In this document: positions 39,848 to 48,760 of the stretch, in pieces
Layout: every line of letters starts with the position of its first letter
Position numbering within the stretch: position 1 is the first letter of the stretch
Origin: Candidatus Wolfebacteria bacterium GW2011_GWB1_47_1
Lineage (GTDB): Bacteria; Patescibacteriota; Minisyncoccia; UBA6257; UBA9933
Direction of reading: 5' to 3'
NCBI GenBank assembly: GCA_001029635.1
Contig: CP011209.1
Location: 747,969-811,968, forward strand
DNA length: 64,000 nt
Notes under the pieces: generated by a model
Databases searched by the model: none
What the model saw: only the letters and a program-made list of their open reading frames with translations
Told to the model about the DNA's origin: nothing
Translations under genes and position numbers: made by a program

Positions 39848-40414
39848 TTATTTGCCAACCTTCTTACCCTGCTTCCTGCGAACAACCTCTCCGCGATATC
39901 GGATACCCTTACCTTTGTACGGCTCCGGCTTCCTTATCTTACGGATCTCAGCGGCAGTCTGTCCGACCATTGCCTTATCTATTCCGGTTATCGTTACGGC
40001 GTTCTTTTCAACGGAAATTTTAATACCCGGTCGCGGCGCATATTTTACCGGATGGGAAAAACCGATATTAAGCACGAGGTTCTCGCCGTCCATCGCTGCG
40101 CGATATCCGACTCCCTCGATCTCTAATACCTTAGTAAATCCTCCTGATACGCCCTCGATCGCGTTTGCAGTCAATGCACGCATAGTTCCCCAGTTCGACT
40201 TTGCCTGCTTGGTGGTGCTGTCGATCGTGAAGGTGATTCCATTCTTCATGGTCCCCTCCGTATCAATGGCGACATCTCCAATTTCAGTCTTTACGAACGG
40301 AAGCACGGCCATTTTCACGGTATGCTCTCCTTTCTTCAATTCCAATTCAGCGCCATCAAACGTAACGGTGACTCCTTCAGGAATGATTATCGGTTTTTTT
40401 CCAACTTTTGACAT
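39848..40414 (-). CDS. rplF: 50S ribosomal protein L6
   Basis: MSKVGKKPIIIPEGV...GYRAAMDGENLVLNIGFSHP. Confidence 0.9.
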   Translation of the reverse strand: MSKVGKKPIIIPEGVTVTFDGAELELKKGEHTVKMAVLPFVKTEIGDVAIDTEGTMKNGITFTIDSTTKQAKSNWGTMRALTANAIEGVSGGFTKVLEIEGVGYRAAMDGENLVLNIGFSHPVKYAPRPGIKISVEKNAVTITGIDKAMVGQTAAEIRKIRKPEPYKGKGIRYRGEVVRRKQGKKVGK

Positions 40415-40470
40415 AGTGTTTTAACTTATGACCAGCGTATTGCCAGTCGCCAGCTATCGTTTATTAATAA

Positions 40471-40851
40471 TTACCAGATCTCAAAGAAGATCTCTCCTCC
40501 TACCTTTTCCTTGCGGGCATTTTCTCCGGTCATGATTCCCTTCGGTGTCGATACAACCGCGAGTCCTCGTCCGTTTTTTACAGGTCGAATCTCGTCACAT
40601 CCCTTGTAGATATGAATACTTGGTCGGCTTACGAAACGAACTCCTTCGATCGCTCCCACACCGTCCTCATATTTGAGGTCGATGCTCAATACACGCTTCG
40701 GGGCTCGGCCCTTCTTGTCGTATGCGGTGATGTACTTGCGGCTTGCAAGGATCTCCAGGATGCGCTCGTCGTTCTTGGTGTATGGCACCTTGATCGATTC
40801 CTTCTTTACCGCCTGGGCGTTTTTAATTTGTGTCAATAGATCGATATACAT
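40471..40851 (-). CDS. rpsH: 30S ribosomal protein S8
   Basis: DLLTQIKNAQ...VVSTPKGIMTGENARK. Confidence 0.9.
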   Translation of the reverse strand: MYIDLLTQIKNAQAVKKESIKVPYTKNDERILEILASRKYITAYDKKGRAPKRVLSIDLKYEDGVGAIEGVRFVSRPSIHIYKGCDEIRPVKNGRGLAVVSTPKGIMTGENARKEKVGGEIFFEIW

Positions 40852-40865
40852 ATATTTAACAATTA

Positions 40866-40955
40866 ACCTACGACCTACAACCTACAACGGAATGCACTCT
40901 CTGATATATTCTGACTGTATGCCGTTGTCGGTTGTCGGTTATTGGTTGTTGGTTA
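40866..40955. repeat. heptamer-repeat inverted element A, (CCTACRA)n / (GTTGTYGG)n, between rpsZ and rpsH
   Basis: cctacgacctacaacctacaacgg + 31-nt loop + ccgttgtcggttgtcggttattggttgttggttat; ends ~15 nt 5' of the rpsH ATG. Confidence 0.55.
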
Positions 40956-40957
40956 TT

Positions 40958-41143
40958 TCACCAGGACGCTTTCTTTACTCCCGGGATTTCGCCCTTTGAT
41001 GCCATTTCCCTGAAGCAGATCCTGCAAAGACCGAAATCGCGCATATATGCCCGGCCTCGTCCGCACTTAAAACACCTGTTCGTTGCACGGGACGGATACT
41101 TCGGTTCTTTTTGTGATCTTACGACAACTGATTTTTTAGCCAT
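40958..41143 (-). CDS. rpsN: 30S ribosomal protein S14, zinc-binding type Z
   Basis: 61 aa with CFKCGR...CRIC. Confidence 0.85.
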   Translation of the reverse strand: MAKKSVVVRSQKEPKYPSRATNRCFKCGRGRAYMRDFGLCRICFREMASKGEIPGVKKASW

Positions 41144-41166
41144 GATAGTTTAGTAAATAATACGCC

Positions 41167-41727
41167 TTAGTCCTTTTTCAACGGTACGCCAAGCAACCGG
41201 AACATTTCGACCGCCTCTTCTCGGGTATTTACCTGAGAAACAACCGTTACCTGTATGCCAAAATCCGCTTTTGCATTCTCCGGGGTGATTTCCGGGAACA
41301 CGGTATGTTCTTTAAATCCGAGGGAAAGGTTCCCAGCGGAATCAACTCCCTTCGTTTCCAGACCTTTGAAGTCTCGGACGCGAGGGAAGACAATTTTATT
41401 CATCTTATCCAAAAAATCGTACATACGAGCGCCACGCAACGTGACGGACACTCCGACAACAGTTCCCTGTCGCATTTTGAATCCTGCAATGGATTTCTTC
41501 GACGGATTTGTTCGGGGTTTCTGCCCAGTAATTGCCATCAATTCGTTGACTACAGCTGGCAGCAACTTATCGGTGAAATTTGCCTGCTGACTCATGCGGC
41601 CCGTTCCGACGTTCACGACGATCTTAGTGATCTTCGGCACCGCCATCTCGTTCTTATAGCCGAACTTTGCCTTCAATGCAGGAACGACTTCCTTTATGTA
41701 TTTTTCCTTTAAGTTTAAATCTTTCAT
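41167..41727 (-). CDS. rplE: 50S ribosomal protein L5
   Basis: Start at MKDLNLKEKY (the ORF track runs longer and would overlap rplX). Confidence 0.85.
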   Translation of the reverse strand: MKDLNLKEKYIKEVVPALKAKFGYKNEMAVPKITKIVVNVGTGRMSQQANFTDKLLPAVVNELMAITGQKPRTNPSKKSIAGFKMRQGTVVGVSVTLRGARMYDFLDKMNKIVFPRVRDFKGLETKGVDSAGNLSLGFKEHTVFPEITPENAKADFGIQVTVVSQVNTREEAVEMFRLLGVPLKKD

Positions 41728-41756
41728 ATTCGCTCGTACGTTGATTACCACTGCGC

Positions 41757-42065
41757 TTAGCTGATTCGTGCGCCGCACTTCTTGCAGGCGCGAACCTTCT
41801 TGTCATTCTCGACCATTGCGCCAATACGCGTCGTTTTTCCGCATGCCGGGCAAACCAGCATGGTGTTGGATACGTTCATAGAACGCGGGATCGATACGAT
41901 CTGTCCCTTTTCTCCCTGCTTCTTCGGCTTTACGTTCTTCTTGTACAAATTAACCCCTTCCACAAGAATTCGCTCGTCCTTCGGCATGGTTCGCAACACT
42001 TTTCCGGTCTTCCCCTTCTCTTTGCCCTGTATTATTTTAACTGTATCACCTTTTTTAATACGCAT
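41757..42065 (-). CDS. rplX: 50S ribosomal protein L24 with Cys4 zinc-ribbon C-terminus
   Basis: KOW region GDTVKIIQGKEKGKTGKV; CPACGK...CKKCG replaces the usual DPETGK...SKKSG. Confidence 0.85.
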   Translation of the reverse strand: MRIKKGDTVKIIQGKEKGKTGKVLRTMPKDERILVEGVNLYKKNVKPKKQGEKGQIVSIPRSMNVSNTMLVCPACGKTTRIGAMVENDKKVRACKKCGARIS

Positions 42066-42077
42066 AGTAGTGTTGAT

Positions 42078-42446
42078 TTATACGATATCCTCTGCCATCG
42101 TAACGATTTTCTCGAATCCCTTTTCCTTCAATTCGCGCGGGATTGGCCCGAATATGCGCGTTGCATTCGGTTCCATCTTTGCGTTCAAAATAACTGCCGC
42201 GTTTTCATCGAATCGGATGTATGATCCGTCCGGTCGCTTCGTCGCCTTGCGCTGTCGCACAACAACTGCCTTTACAACATCCTTCTTTTTTACCGACTTG
42301 CGAGGCTCTGCAGTCTGCACCGAAGCGACAAATACGTCACCAATACGTGCATACCTACGTCGAGTTCCTCCCAAGATACGGAAACAGCGGATGGTCTTTG
42401 CTCCGGAGTTATCAGCAACTTTTAAAATTGATCGTTCTTGTATCAT
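42078..42446 (-). CDS. rplN: 50S ribosomal protein L14
   Basis: [17 protein letters not shown]. Confidence 0.9.
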   Translation of the reverse strand: MIQERSILKVADNSGAKTIRCFRILGGTRRRYARIGDVFVASVQTAEPRKSVKKKDVVKAVVVRQRKATKRPDGSYIRFDENAAVILNAKMEPNATRIFGPIPRELKEKGFEKIVTMAEDIV

Positions 42447-42466
42447 AGTATCCGTTCAAATAAAAC

Positions 42467-42700
42467 TTAGATCTTTCCGACGATGCGGAACCGCTTATCG
42501 CGACTCAGCGGTCGTGTCTCTTCCATAACCACGACATCGCCTTTCTTATATTCATTCTGCTCATCGTGCGCCTTGAAGCGCGCCGTTACCTTGTACATCT
42601 TCTGATATACCGGGTGCTTTGCGAGACGGCTCACCGCTACTACTCGCGTCTTGTCCATTTTGTCGGAAACAACCGTTCCCTGTAATTTTCGTGCTGCCAT
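42467..42700 (-). CDS. rpsQ: 30S ribosomal protein S17
   Basis: [16 protein letters not shown]...[13 protein letters not shown]. Confidence 0.9.
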   Translation of the reverse strand: MAARKLQGTVVSDKMDKTRVVAVSRLAKHPVYQKMYKVTARFKAHDEQNEYKKGDVVVMEETRPLSRDKRFRIVGKI

Positions 42701-42715
42701 AATATAGTAGTGGTT

Positions 42716-42916
42716 TTATGCCTCTTTTTTCCCAGTGATCAGTGTAGATAACTGCGCAACGACCTTTTTGAGCTTTTTAATCTCAGAAACGTTCTTTACT
42801 TTACCAGCTGCAAGGTCAAACTTCAAGTCCCGCAACTTAACCTGGGTCTCGTGCAGTTCCTTCTGCATTTCGGCGTGCGATTTGCTTTTCAATTGTTGGA
42901 AATCCTGCTTTTTCAT
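42716..42916 (-). CDS. rpmC: 50S ribosomal protein L29
   Basis: 66-aa helical protein, KELHETQVKLRDLKFDLAAGK. Confidence 0.85.
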   Translation of the reverse strand: MKKQDFQQLKSKSHAEMQKELHETQVKLRDLKFDLAAGKVKNVSEIKKLKKVVAQLSTLITGKKEA

Positions 42917-43323
42917 TTTATTACAACTCTTGTTTTAACTGGTAATTTATGGCCTGCTCGGCGGAATGCCTCGCGTGCGACCTCTTCCTTAACTCCGTCA
43001 ATCTCGAATAACATTCTTCCTGGCTTCACCGGGAACACATAGTGATCCACATTACCCTTACCTCCTCCGAGGGTAACCTCAGGCGGCATCTTGGTAACTG
43101 GCTTGTCCGGGAATACTCGAATCCAGATCTTACCTCCACGCTTCGTGAAGTGAGTGATGGATTTTCGGGCAGCTTCGATCTGGCGTGAGTTCAACCAAAC
43201 GCTCTCGAGTGCCTGAATTCCGAACGATCCAAACGCAAGGTCCAATCCTCGGGTTTCAACCGTACGGGTCCGGCTCCTGCCTTTGTGCCACTTCCTGTGT
43301 TTTACTTTTTTCGGGATAAGCAT
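42913..43323 (-). CDS. rplP: 50S ribosomal protein L16
   Basis: MLIPKKVKHRKWHKGR...GGKIWIRVFPDKP. Confidence 0.9.
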   Translation of the reverse strand: MLIPKKVKHRKWHKGRSRTRTVETRGLDLAFGSFGIQALESVWLNSRQIEAARKSITHFTKRGGKIWIRVFPDKPVTKMPPEVTLGGGKGNVDHYVFPVKPGRMLFEIDGVKEEVAREAFRRAGHKLPVKTRVVIK

Positions 43324-43336
43324 AGGTTTACGTTAC

Positions 43337-44083
43337 TTAGTTTCTTGTTTCTTTCCTCTCAATTCTTGGGCGACGTTCATCGTGGCGCGGTTGCCGTTTT
43401 ACTGGTTCCTGCTCCTTGTCCTTGAACACTTCTCCCTTGTTGATCCATACCTTCACACCAATGGTTCCATAGGTCGTATAGGCAGTCGCTTCAGCGTAAT
43501 CGATGTCTGCTCGGATAGTTTGCAACGGGATAGTTCCCTTTGCGAGCTGCTCGGTTCGCGCGATCTCGGCTCCGTTCAAACGGCCCGAAACGCGGATCTT
43601 TGCACCTTTTACTTCGCGAGTCTGCATCAAGTTCTCAAGCGTCTTCTTTAGGATACGGCGGAACGGCATGCGTCGCTCCAAATCGCGGGCGATATTATAG
43701 CCCGTTACCGCTGCGGATACGTCGAATCGTTTCAACTCCTCGATATTCATGCTGATTCCAGTAAGTTTTTTGCTTCCGTTTTTTACGCGAATAGCAGCCA
43801 CCTTCTTATCGAGCAATTTCGAGAGGTCTTCAATCCCCTTTCCTCCGCGGCCAATGATCAATCCCGGCTTTGCGGCCTTGATATGGATGCGGATCGAATC
43901 GCCGAAACGCTCAATCGCAACATAATCAATACCTGCGGCTCCGATCTTGTCGGCAATGATCTTGCGAATCATTACGTCTTCCTCCAAGTATTCCTTGAAG
44001 CTGACACCCTTCGGGAACCAGCGAGCCGTCCAATCCTTGATCACGCCTACCCTAAATGCAGTTGGTTTTATTTTATGACCCAT
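43337..44083 (-). CDS. rpsC: 30S ribosomal protein S3 (basic C-terminal extension)
   Basis: KH domain and S3-C domain; MGHKIKPTAFRVG. Confidence 0.9.
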   Translation of the reverse strand: MGHKIKPTAFRVGVIKDWTARWFPKGVSFKEYLEEDVMIRKIIADKIGAAGIDYVAIERFGDSIRIHIKAAKPGLIIGRGGKGIEDLSKLLDKKVAAIRVKNGSKKLTGISMNIEELKRFDVSAAVTGYNIARDLERRMPFRRILKKTLENLMQTREVKGAKIRVSGRLNGAEIARTEQLAKGTIPLQTIRADIDYAEATAYTTYGTIGVKVWINKGEVFKDKEQEPVKRQPRHDERRPRIERKETRN

Positions 44084-44104
44084 AGTGGTTACTAATACAG
44101 TGTG

Positions 44105-44659
44105 TTAGATAGATTTCCTCTGGAACATCTTTCGCTTGGTTCCTTCCTTTGCGACCTTGGTCGTTTTCTCTGCCTTTTCAGTCTTTGTCTTTGTCTTTGC
44201 TTCCTTGTCTTCCGCCTTCTCCGCCTTCTCAGTCTTCGCGGCTACCTTCTTAATGGTCTCTGCCTTTGATTTGGTGATCTTTTCAACCTTCTTTGCCATC
44301 GTGAAGCGAGGCGCCTTCACCTTGTCGGACTCTTCGAGCACGATCGTGATGTGACTACTCTTCTTCTGGATCGGCGTTGCCCGTCCTTGGGCTCGCGGCA
44401 ACCAGCGCTTCAGCATCGGTCCGCCATCCACCCGGATCTCCTTGACAATGAGCTTTGATGCATCCATTTTTGCATTATTGACCGCGTTTGCGATCGCCGA
44501 CTGCAACAACTTCAACACCGGCTCGCTTGCGCGCTTTGGATTGGTTGCCAACTGTGCCTGCGCATCGTTGACCGACAACCCCTTGATGACCGTTGCCATC
44601 AAACGCACTTTTCTCGGAGCCATGCGGAGATGATTCAATTTTGCTGTTTGCTGTTTCAT
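44105..44659 (-). CDS. rplV: 50S ribosomal protein L22 with Lys/Glu-rich C-terminal tail
   Basis: Start at MKQQTAKLNHLRMAPRK; core L22 followed by KAEKAEDKEAKTKTK repeats. Confidence 0.85.
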   Translation of the reverse strand: MKQQTAKLNHLRMAPRKVRLMATVIKGLSVNDAQAQLATNPKRASEPVLKLLQSAIANAVNNAKMDASKLIVKEIRVDGGPMLKRWLPRAQGRATPIQKKSSHITIVLEESDKVKAPRFTMAKKVEKITKSKAETIKKVAAKTEKAEKAEDKEAKTKTKTEKAEKTTKVAKEGTKRKMFQRKSI

Positions 44660-44670
44660 AAATGACTTGT

Positions 44671-44769
44671 GACCTACAACCCATAACTTATAACGGGGTG
44701 CGCTTTCTGATGCGCTCATTCTGAATTTTGTTATCGGTTATTTGTTATCGGTTATTGGTTATTGGTTAT
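44671..44769. repeat. heptamer-repeat inverted element B between rpsS and rplV
   Basis: gacctacaacccataacttataacgg ... gttatcggttatttgttatcggttattggttattggttat; the left arm ends 12 nt 5' of the rplV ATG. Confidence 0.55.
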
Positions 44770-45062
44770 TTCTTCTGCGCTGCCTTGCGATCCGCTTCCT
44801 TAGCCAACTTACCTCCGTGTCGGATGAACTTCTTGGTTGGTGAAAACTCTCCCAAGCGATGTCCGACCATTTCTTCCGTGACTCGGACCTGGATAAAATC
44901 CTTTCCGTTATGCACGCCGAACGTTCGTCCGATCATATCAGGCGCGATCTCGGAACTACGCGCCCACGTCTTGATGACCGTTTTGTCGTCGTGCGTCAAA
45001 GCAGCCACCTTTTTCATGAGTTTTACGTCTACGTATGGACCTTTTTTGGATGATCGTGCCAT
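44766..45062 (-). CDS. rpsS: 30S ribosomal protein S19
   Basis: [12 protein letters not shown]...[13 protein letters not shown]. Confidence 0.9.
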   Translation of the reverse strand: MARSSKKGPYVDVKLMKKVAALTHDDKTVIKTWARSSEIAPDMIGRTFGVHNGKDFIQVRVTEEMVGHRLGEFSPTKKFIRHGGKLAKEADRKAAQKK

Positions 45063-45101
45063 GTTAGTTGATTGGTTGAATTTCGTTAGTTGATTTTCAG
45101 A

Positions 45102-45938
45102 TTATTTATTCCGCTTTGATACGCGGCGCTTGATGATCAAGTCTGTCGAACGCTTCTTTGTGTTGCGCGTCTTGCGACCTCCTGTCACCTTACCCCATAG
45201 GGTCTTCGGACGCTTAGTTCCGCGTGGCTGTACACCTTCACCTCCACCGTATGGATGGTCTACCGGGTTCATGGCAGTACCACGAACGGTCGGTCGGATA
45301 CCCATCTGTCGGGAACGTCCTGCCTTTCCTATATTTACCAGGTTATGCTCGTTGTTTGATACCTGACCCATCGTTGCGTAGCACTCGGTCAAAACCTTGC
45401 GGACTTCACCTGATGGCAACTTAAGACTCGTGTACTTTCCTTCATGTGCCAATACCTGAGCGTAGGATCCGGCAGATTTCACCATCTGTCCGCCCTTTCC
45501 CGGCTGAAACTCTATATTGTAGACCATGTAACTAGTCGGAATGTTCTTAAGTTTCGAACGATTTCCTTCCTTTACCGGGGCACTTTCCGCAGTGATGATC
45601 ACATCATCCACCTTCATGCCTTTTCCAGCCAAAATATACCGTCTTTCGCCGTCATTGTAAAGCGCTCGGGCGATAAACGCTGAGCGATACGGATCGTATT
45701 CGATTGCTTCGATGCGTGCCGGAATATCAATCTTGTTCTGCTTGAAATCCACCATGCGATAGAGCTGCTTGACGCCTCCGCCCTGATGACGAGTCGTGAT
45801 GCGGCCTTGGTTGTTGCGACCTGCGCGATGTGCGATTCGGATGAGCGCGCTTTTCATCGGCTCGATCTTGGTCAAAACGCTATAGTCGACAACAGTCATG
45901 TGACGTCGCGATGGAGTTGTTGGTGAATATTTTTTCAT
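45102..45938 (-). CDS. rplB: 50S ribosomal protein L2
   Basis: 278 aa; GRNNQGRITTRHQGGG; GGEGVQPRGTKRPKT. Confidence 0.9.
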   Translation of the reverse strand: MKKYSPTTPSRRHMTVVDYSVLTKIEPMKSALIRIAHRAGRNNQGRITTRHQGGGVKQLYRMVDFKQNKIDIPARIEAIEYDPYRSAFIARALYNDGERRYILAGKGMKVDDVIITAESAPVKEGNRSKLKNIPTSYMVYNIEFQPGKGGQMVKSAGSYAQVLAHEGKYTSLKLPSGEVRKVLTECYATMGQVSNNEHNLVNIGKAGRSRQMGIRPTVRGTAMNPVDHPYGGGEGVQPRGTKRPKTLWGKVTGGRKTRNTKKRSTDLIIKRRVSKRNK

Positions 45939-45946
45939 ACAAATTA

Positions 45947-46040
45947 ACTTACAACCTACGACCTACAACCTACAACGGCTGATCGGTTCATTGGTTTGTA
46001 TTGTTGTTTCTAGTTGTTGGTTATCGGTTGTCGGTTTTTT
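45947..46040. repeat. heptamer-repeat inverted element C between rplW and rplB
   Basis: acttacaacctacgacctacaacctacaacgg ... gttggttatcggttgtcggtttttt; the left arm ends 8 nt 5' of the rplB ATG. Confidence 0.55.
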
Positions 46041-46413
46041 AGGAAGGCATGATGTCGAGCTTCTGCCCTGGCTTCAAAGTGACAATCGCCTTCTTGGTGG
46101 TCGTCTTCTTGCCGGCAACGCCGCGGAACTTCTGTCGCTCTCCCCGGATAGTGACCGTGTTCACGGAAATCGGGTCGACGTTGTAGATGCTCTTGATCGC
46201 CTTTGCAATCTCGGACTTGTTCGTGTGCTTATCCACCACAAATACGTATTGTCCTGCAATGCTCATGTGATACGCTTTTTCGGTGATCAACGGGCGCTTT
46301 ATTATAAACTCATTCGCCGGGCTTCGCAAAGCTCCTTTTGATGAGCCCTTCGGCGTGCTCAAGGCGCCACTCTTCGCTCCCTCTTCAGTTTTTGATTTCT
46401 TTGCAATGGCCAT
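46039..46413 (-). CDS. rplW: 50S ribosomal protein L23 (N-terminal extension)
   Basis: IIKRPLITEKAYHM...YVFVVDKHTNKSEIAKAI. Confidence 0.85.
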   Translation of the reverse strand: MAIAKKSKTEEGAKSGALSTPKGSSKGALRSPANEFIIKRPLITEKAYHMSIAGQYVFVVDKHTNKSEIAKAIKSIYNVDPISVNTVTIRGERQKFRGVAGKKTTTKKAIVTLKPGQKLDIMPS

Positions 46414-46416
46414 AGT

Positions 46417-47046
46417 TTATATTTTGTAATGCTGTTCGATTTCCGCGATCGCACTCTGTTCGATGATGACGTTTTTGTACTTCATCAAGTCATAGACGTT
46501 GATCGATGCCGGGTTCAATGTGTCAACATTCTTGATGTTCCCCAATGCCTGCGCCAATTGTCGATTCTCAGTCGAGAAGATGACAACGGTCTTAGATCGA
46601 AGGTCGACGAAATTTCGCAATGCGTCAGCCCACTCCTTTGTCTTGGTTCCTACCTTTGAGAATGAATCCACGATGGTAACGCTGTTATCGGTAAATTTCT
46701 TCGAGAAGACAGAGAAGATAGCGAGTCGCTTCATCTTCTTATTGATCTTCTTTGAGAAATCACGGTCCTTACTCGGACCATGCGTTACGCCTCCACCGAT
46801 CCACAGCGGAGATCGAATCGAGCCATGTCGTGCTCGGCCAGTTCCCTTCTGCTTCCACGGCTTCTTGCCTCCTCCGCGTACTTCAGAGCGTCCTTTGGCA
46901 TGAGCCCAAGGATCGCGCTTGTTCGCAAGATGCGTCACGAGCGCCTGATGCACGAGGTCCGGATTCCACTTGGTGGTGACCATCACTTCCGGCATCTCCA
47001 TCGTTCCCGCCTTTTCGTTTTTATAGTTTAAGATATCAACTTTCAT
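46417..47046 (-). CDS. rplD: 50S ribosomal protein L4
   Basis: Start at MKVDILNY; GGGKKPWKQKGTGRARHGSIRSPLWIGGG. Confidence 0.85.
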   Translation of the reverse strand: MKVDILNYKNEKAGTMEMPEVMVTTKWNPDLVHQALVTHLANKRDPWAHAKGRSEVRGGGKKPWKQKGTGRARHGSIRSPLWIGGGVTHGPSKDRDFSKKINKKMKRLAIFSVFSKKFTDNSVTIVDSFSKVGTKTKEWADALRNFVDLRSKTVVIFSTENRQLAQALGNIKNVDTLNPASINVYDLMKYKNVIIEQSAIAEIEQHYKI

Positions 47047-47098
47047 AAATGTGTGTATCGATATGTATACAGAGCTTACTTGCTTCGATGCCTCGGCT

Positions 47099-47698
47099 TT
47101 AGCCGCGCACCTCAATCAGCGTTCCCCGCATTCCCGGAACCGGTCCGTGGACCATCAAAAGATTATTTTCCTTGTCGATCGCAGCAACCTTAAGGTTCTT
47201 GATCGAGAATCGTTCCTGGCCCATGTGTCCAGCCATCTTTCGTCCCGGCACAACGCGTTGCGTTGCAGTCGATCCAATCGATCCCGGTGCACGATGTCGA
47301 TTCTTCTGGCCGTGCGTCTTTGGTCCGCCTCCGAATCCATGTCGCTTTACAACGCCCTGGAATCCACGTCCCTTCGACAAACCGCTAATCTTTATTACAT
47401 CGCCTTCTGCGAACTGTGCAACATCGATGACATCACCTACTTTAAGATCGCTCCCTTCAACCCGGAATTCCTTCAAGGTCTTGAAGTTTCCCAGATCCTT
47501 CAAATGGCCAGCGAGCGGCTTGTTTGCCTTTTTGTCGGATTTATCAAATCCAACCTGCACCGCTTCGTATCCATCCTTTTCGGTTCCGCGAATCTGCGTT
47601 ACCGTTACCGGACCAGCTTGCAGTACCGTTACCGGGATCTGCCTGTCGCCGCTCCAAATCTGAGTCATTTTTACTTTTTTACCGAGTATGAATTTCAT
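47099..47698 (-). CDS. rplC: 50S ribosomal protein L3
   Basis: MKFILGKKVKMTQIW...GKGFQGVVKRHGFGGG. Confidence 0.9.
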   Translation of the reverse strand: MKFILGKKVKMTQIWSGDRQIPVTVLQAGPVTVTQIRGTEKDGYEAVQVGFDKSDKKANKPLAGHLKDLGNFKTLKEFRVEGSDLKVGDVIDVAQFAEGDVIKISGLSKGRGFQGVVKRHGFGGGPKTHGQKNRHRAPGSIGSTATQRVVPGRKMAGHMGQERFSIKNLKVAAIDKENNLLMVHGPVPGMRGTLIEVRG

Positions 47699-47717
47699 AG
47701 TGTTTTTATCGCAAAGA

Positions 47718-47756
47718 AAAAACGGGCGGATTTAGTAATCCACCCGTCCCTTTGGT
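47718..47756 (-). promoter_or_regulatory. terminator-like hairpin with U-run in the 5' leader of the r-protein operon, 20 nt upstream of the rplC ATG (putative attenuator)
   Basis: Minus-strand RNA reads acgggtggatt-acta-aatccgcccgt followed by ttttttc. Confidence 0.4.
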
Positions 47757-47847
47757 GTTTCAACTAAATCTTCGTAAAGATTATTTCGCTCACTTTTCTT
47801 TTGTTGCAATCGATACCAACATCACTGCTGATATAATTTGACTCTGT

Positions 47848-47878
47848 GAGAATAACAGATAGTTGACTGGGTGTCAAC
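47848..47878 (-). promoter_or_regulatory. candidate promoter TTGACA-17-TATTCT for the r-protein operon
   Basis: Read on the minus strand; no other -35/-10 pair with good spacing was seen in the leader. Confidence 0.3.
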
Positions 47879-48142
47879 ACTTTCGCTGCGCTCCGCTGTC
47901 ATTCTCGCGGAGGCGGGAATCCACTTCAAATTTTTAAATAAATGTTTTTCCTACTTTTTTAGTAAAAGTAGGCCAAAAAGCGCGAGCAAAGTAAAAAAAG
48001 CGGAATGACCTTAAAAATTCCTTACGAATCCGAGGGTGCGCCCGTTTTTCAACGGGTCCCCGCACCTCGGATTCTGTTGGCATTTTCCGCGTTCATTCTT
48101 ATCGCTTTTTTACAGCTCGCAATCGAGATGCTAAAACAAAAA

Positions 48143-48160
48143 GCCCCGCGTGTGCGGGGC
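48143..48160 (-). terminator. intrinsic terminator gccccgcgtgtgcggggc (GCCCCGC-N4-GCGGGGC family)
   Basis: Hairpin followed by tttttgtttt on the minus strand, immediately after the stop of 48167..48667. Confidence 0.5.
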
Positions 48161-48166
48161 TTTGCT

Positions 48167-48667
48167 TTAGAACGTCGCGGATGCGACAATCTCGCGGCAT
48201 TTTGCGATAATCGCCGCCTTATCGGCGTCCGTCAGTCCGGTACGCATTACAGGGTAATGCAAAAACAATCTGCCGAATTCCGGTCCTCGAGTACGTATTG
48301 CTCCAATAAGGTGCCCTTCCTTTAGGATGCCGGCGTAGCCGGTGCCTTCCCCATTGAATACCAATGGGGATTCAACTGGCGGATCCTGAACCATAGGAAA
48401 CTGTTTCAGGGTCATAGTCGCTTCACATGCCACCACCAGTACCTCGACATCGCTCTTCCGCTTAACTTCATCGATTTTATCGGCTATTTTGCGCAACTCC
48501 GCGGCAGTATACCTGCGTCCGACCAACGGGCCATACTGACATAGGCCATATTGAGATTGAAATGATACTTCTCCGCTATAATCGCCGATAGTCCCCAAAA
48601 ACTCAGTAGATCCTCTTCTTACATCGGTTACCGCATTCCGATCATCGAATCCTATTTCTGAATCCAT
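48167..48667 (-). CDS. hypothetical protein (166 aa), paralog of 48761..49171; possibly GlcG/DUF336-like
   Basis: AAGGAGG SD; own TTGACA promoter; shares YTAAELRKIADKIDE / YSSAELREIADKVDE and C-terminal A(I/V)(A/K)KC(R/A)E with its neighbour. Confidence 0.5.
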   Translation of the reverse strand: MDSEIGFDDRNAVTDVRRGSTEFLGTIGDYSGEVSFQSQYGLCQYGPLVGRRYTAAELRKIADKIDEVKRKSDVEVLVVACEATMTLKQFPMVQDPPVESPLVFNGEGTGYAGILKEGHLIGAIRTRGPEFGRLFLHYPVMRTGLTDADKAAIIAKCREIVASATF

Positions 48668-48760
48668 ACCGCCTCCTTGATCTTCTTATAAATTTACACT
48701 CAATCTGCTGTTCGTATAATGCGTTTTAACCGGTTAGCTGTCAATTATCATAATGTGCTG

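Noticed and set aside
48005-48325. 106-aa plus-strand ORF
   Set aside because: It covers the leader stem-loops and the 3' end of the minus gene 48167..48667. It is likely spurious.
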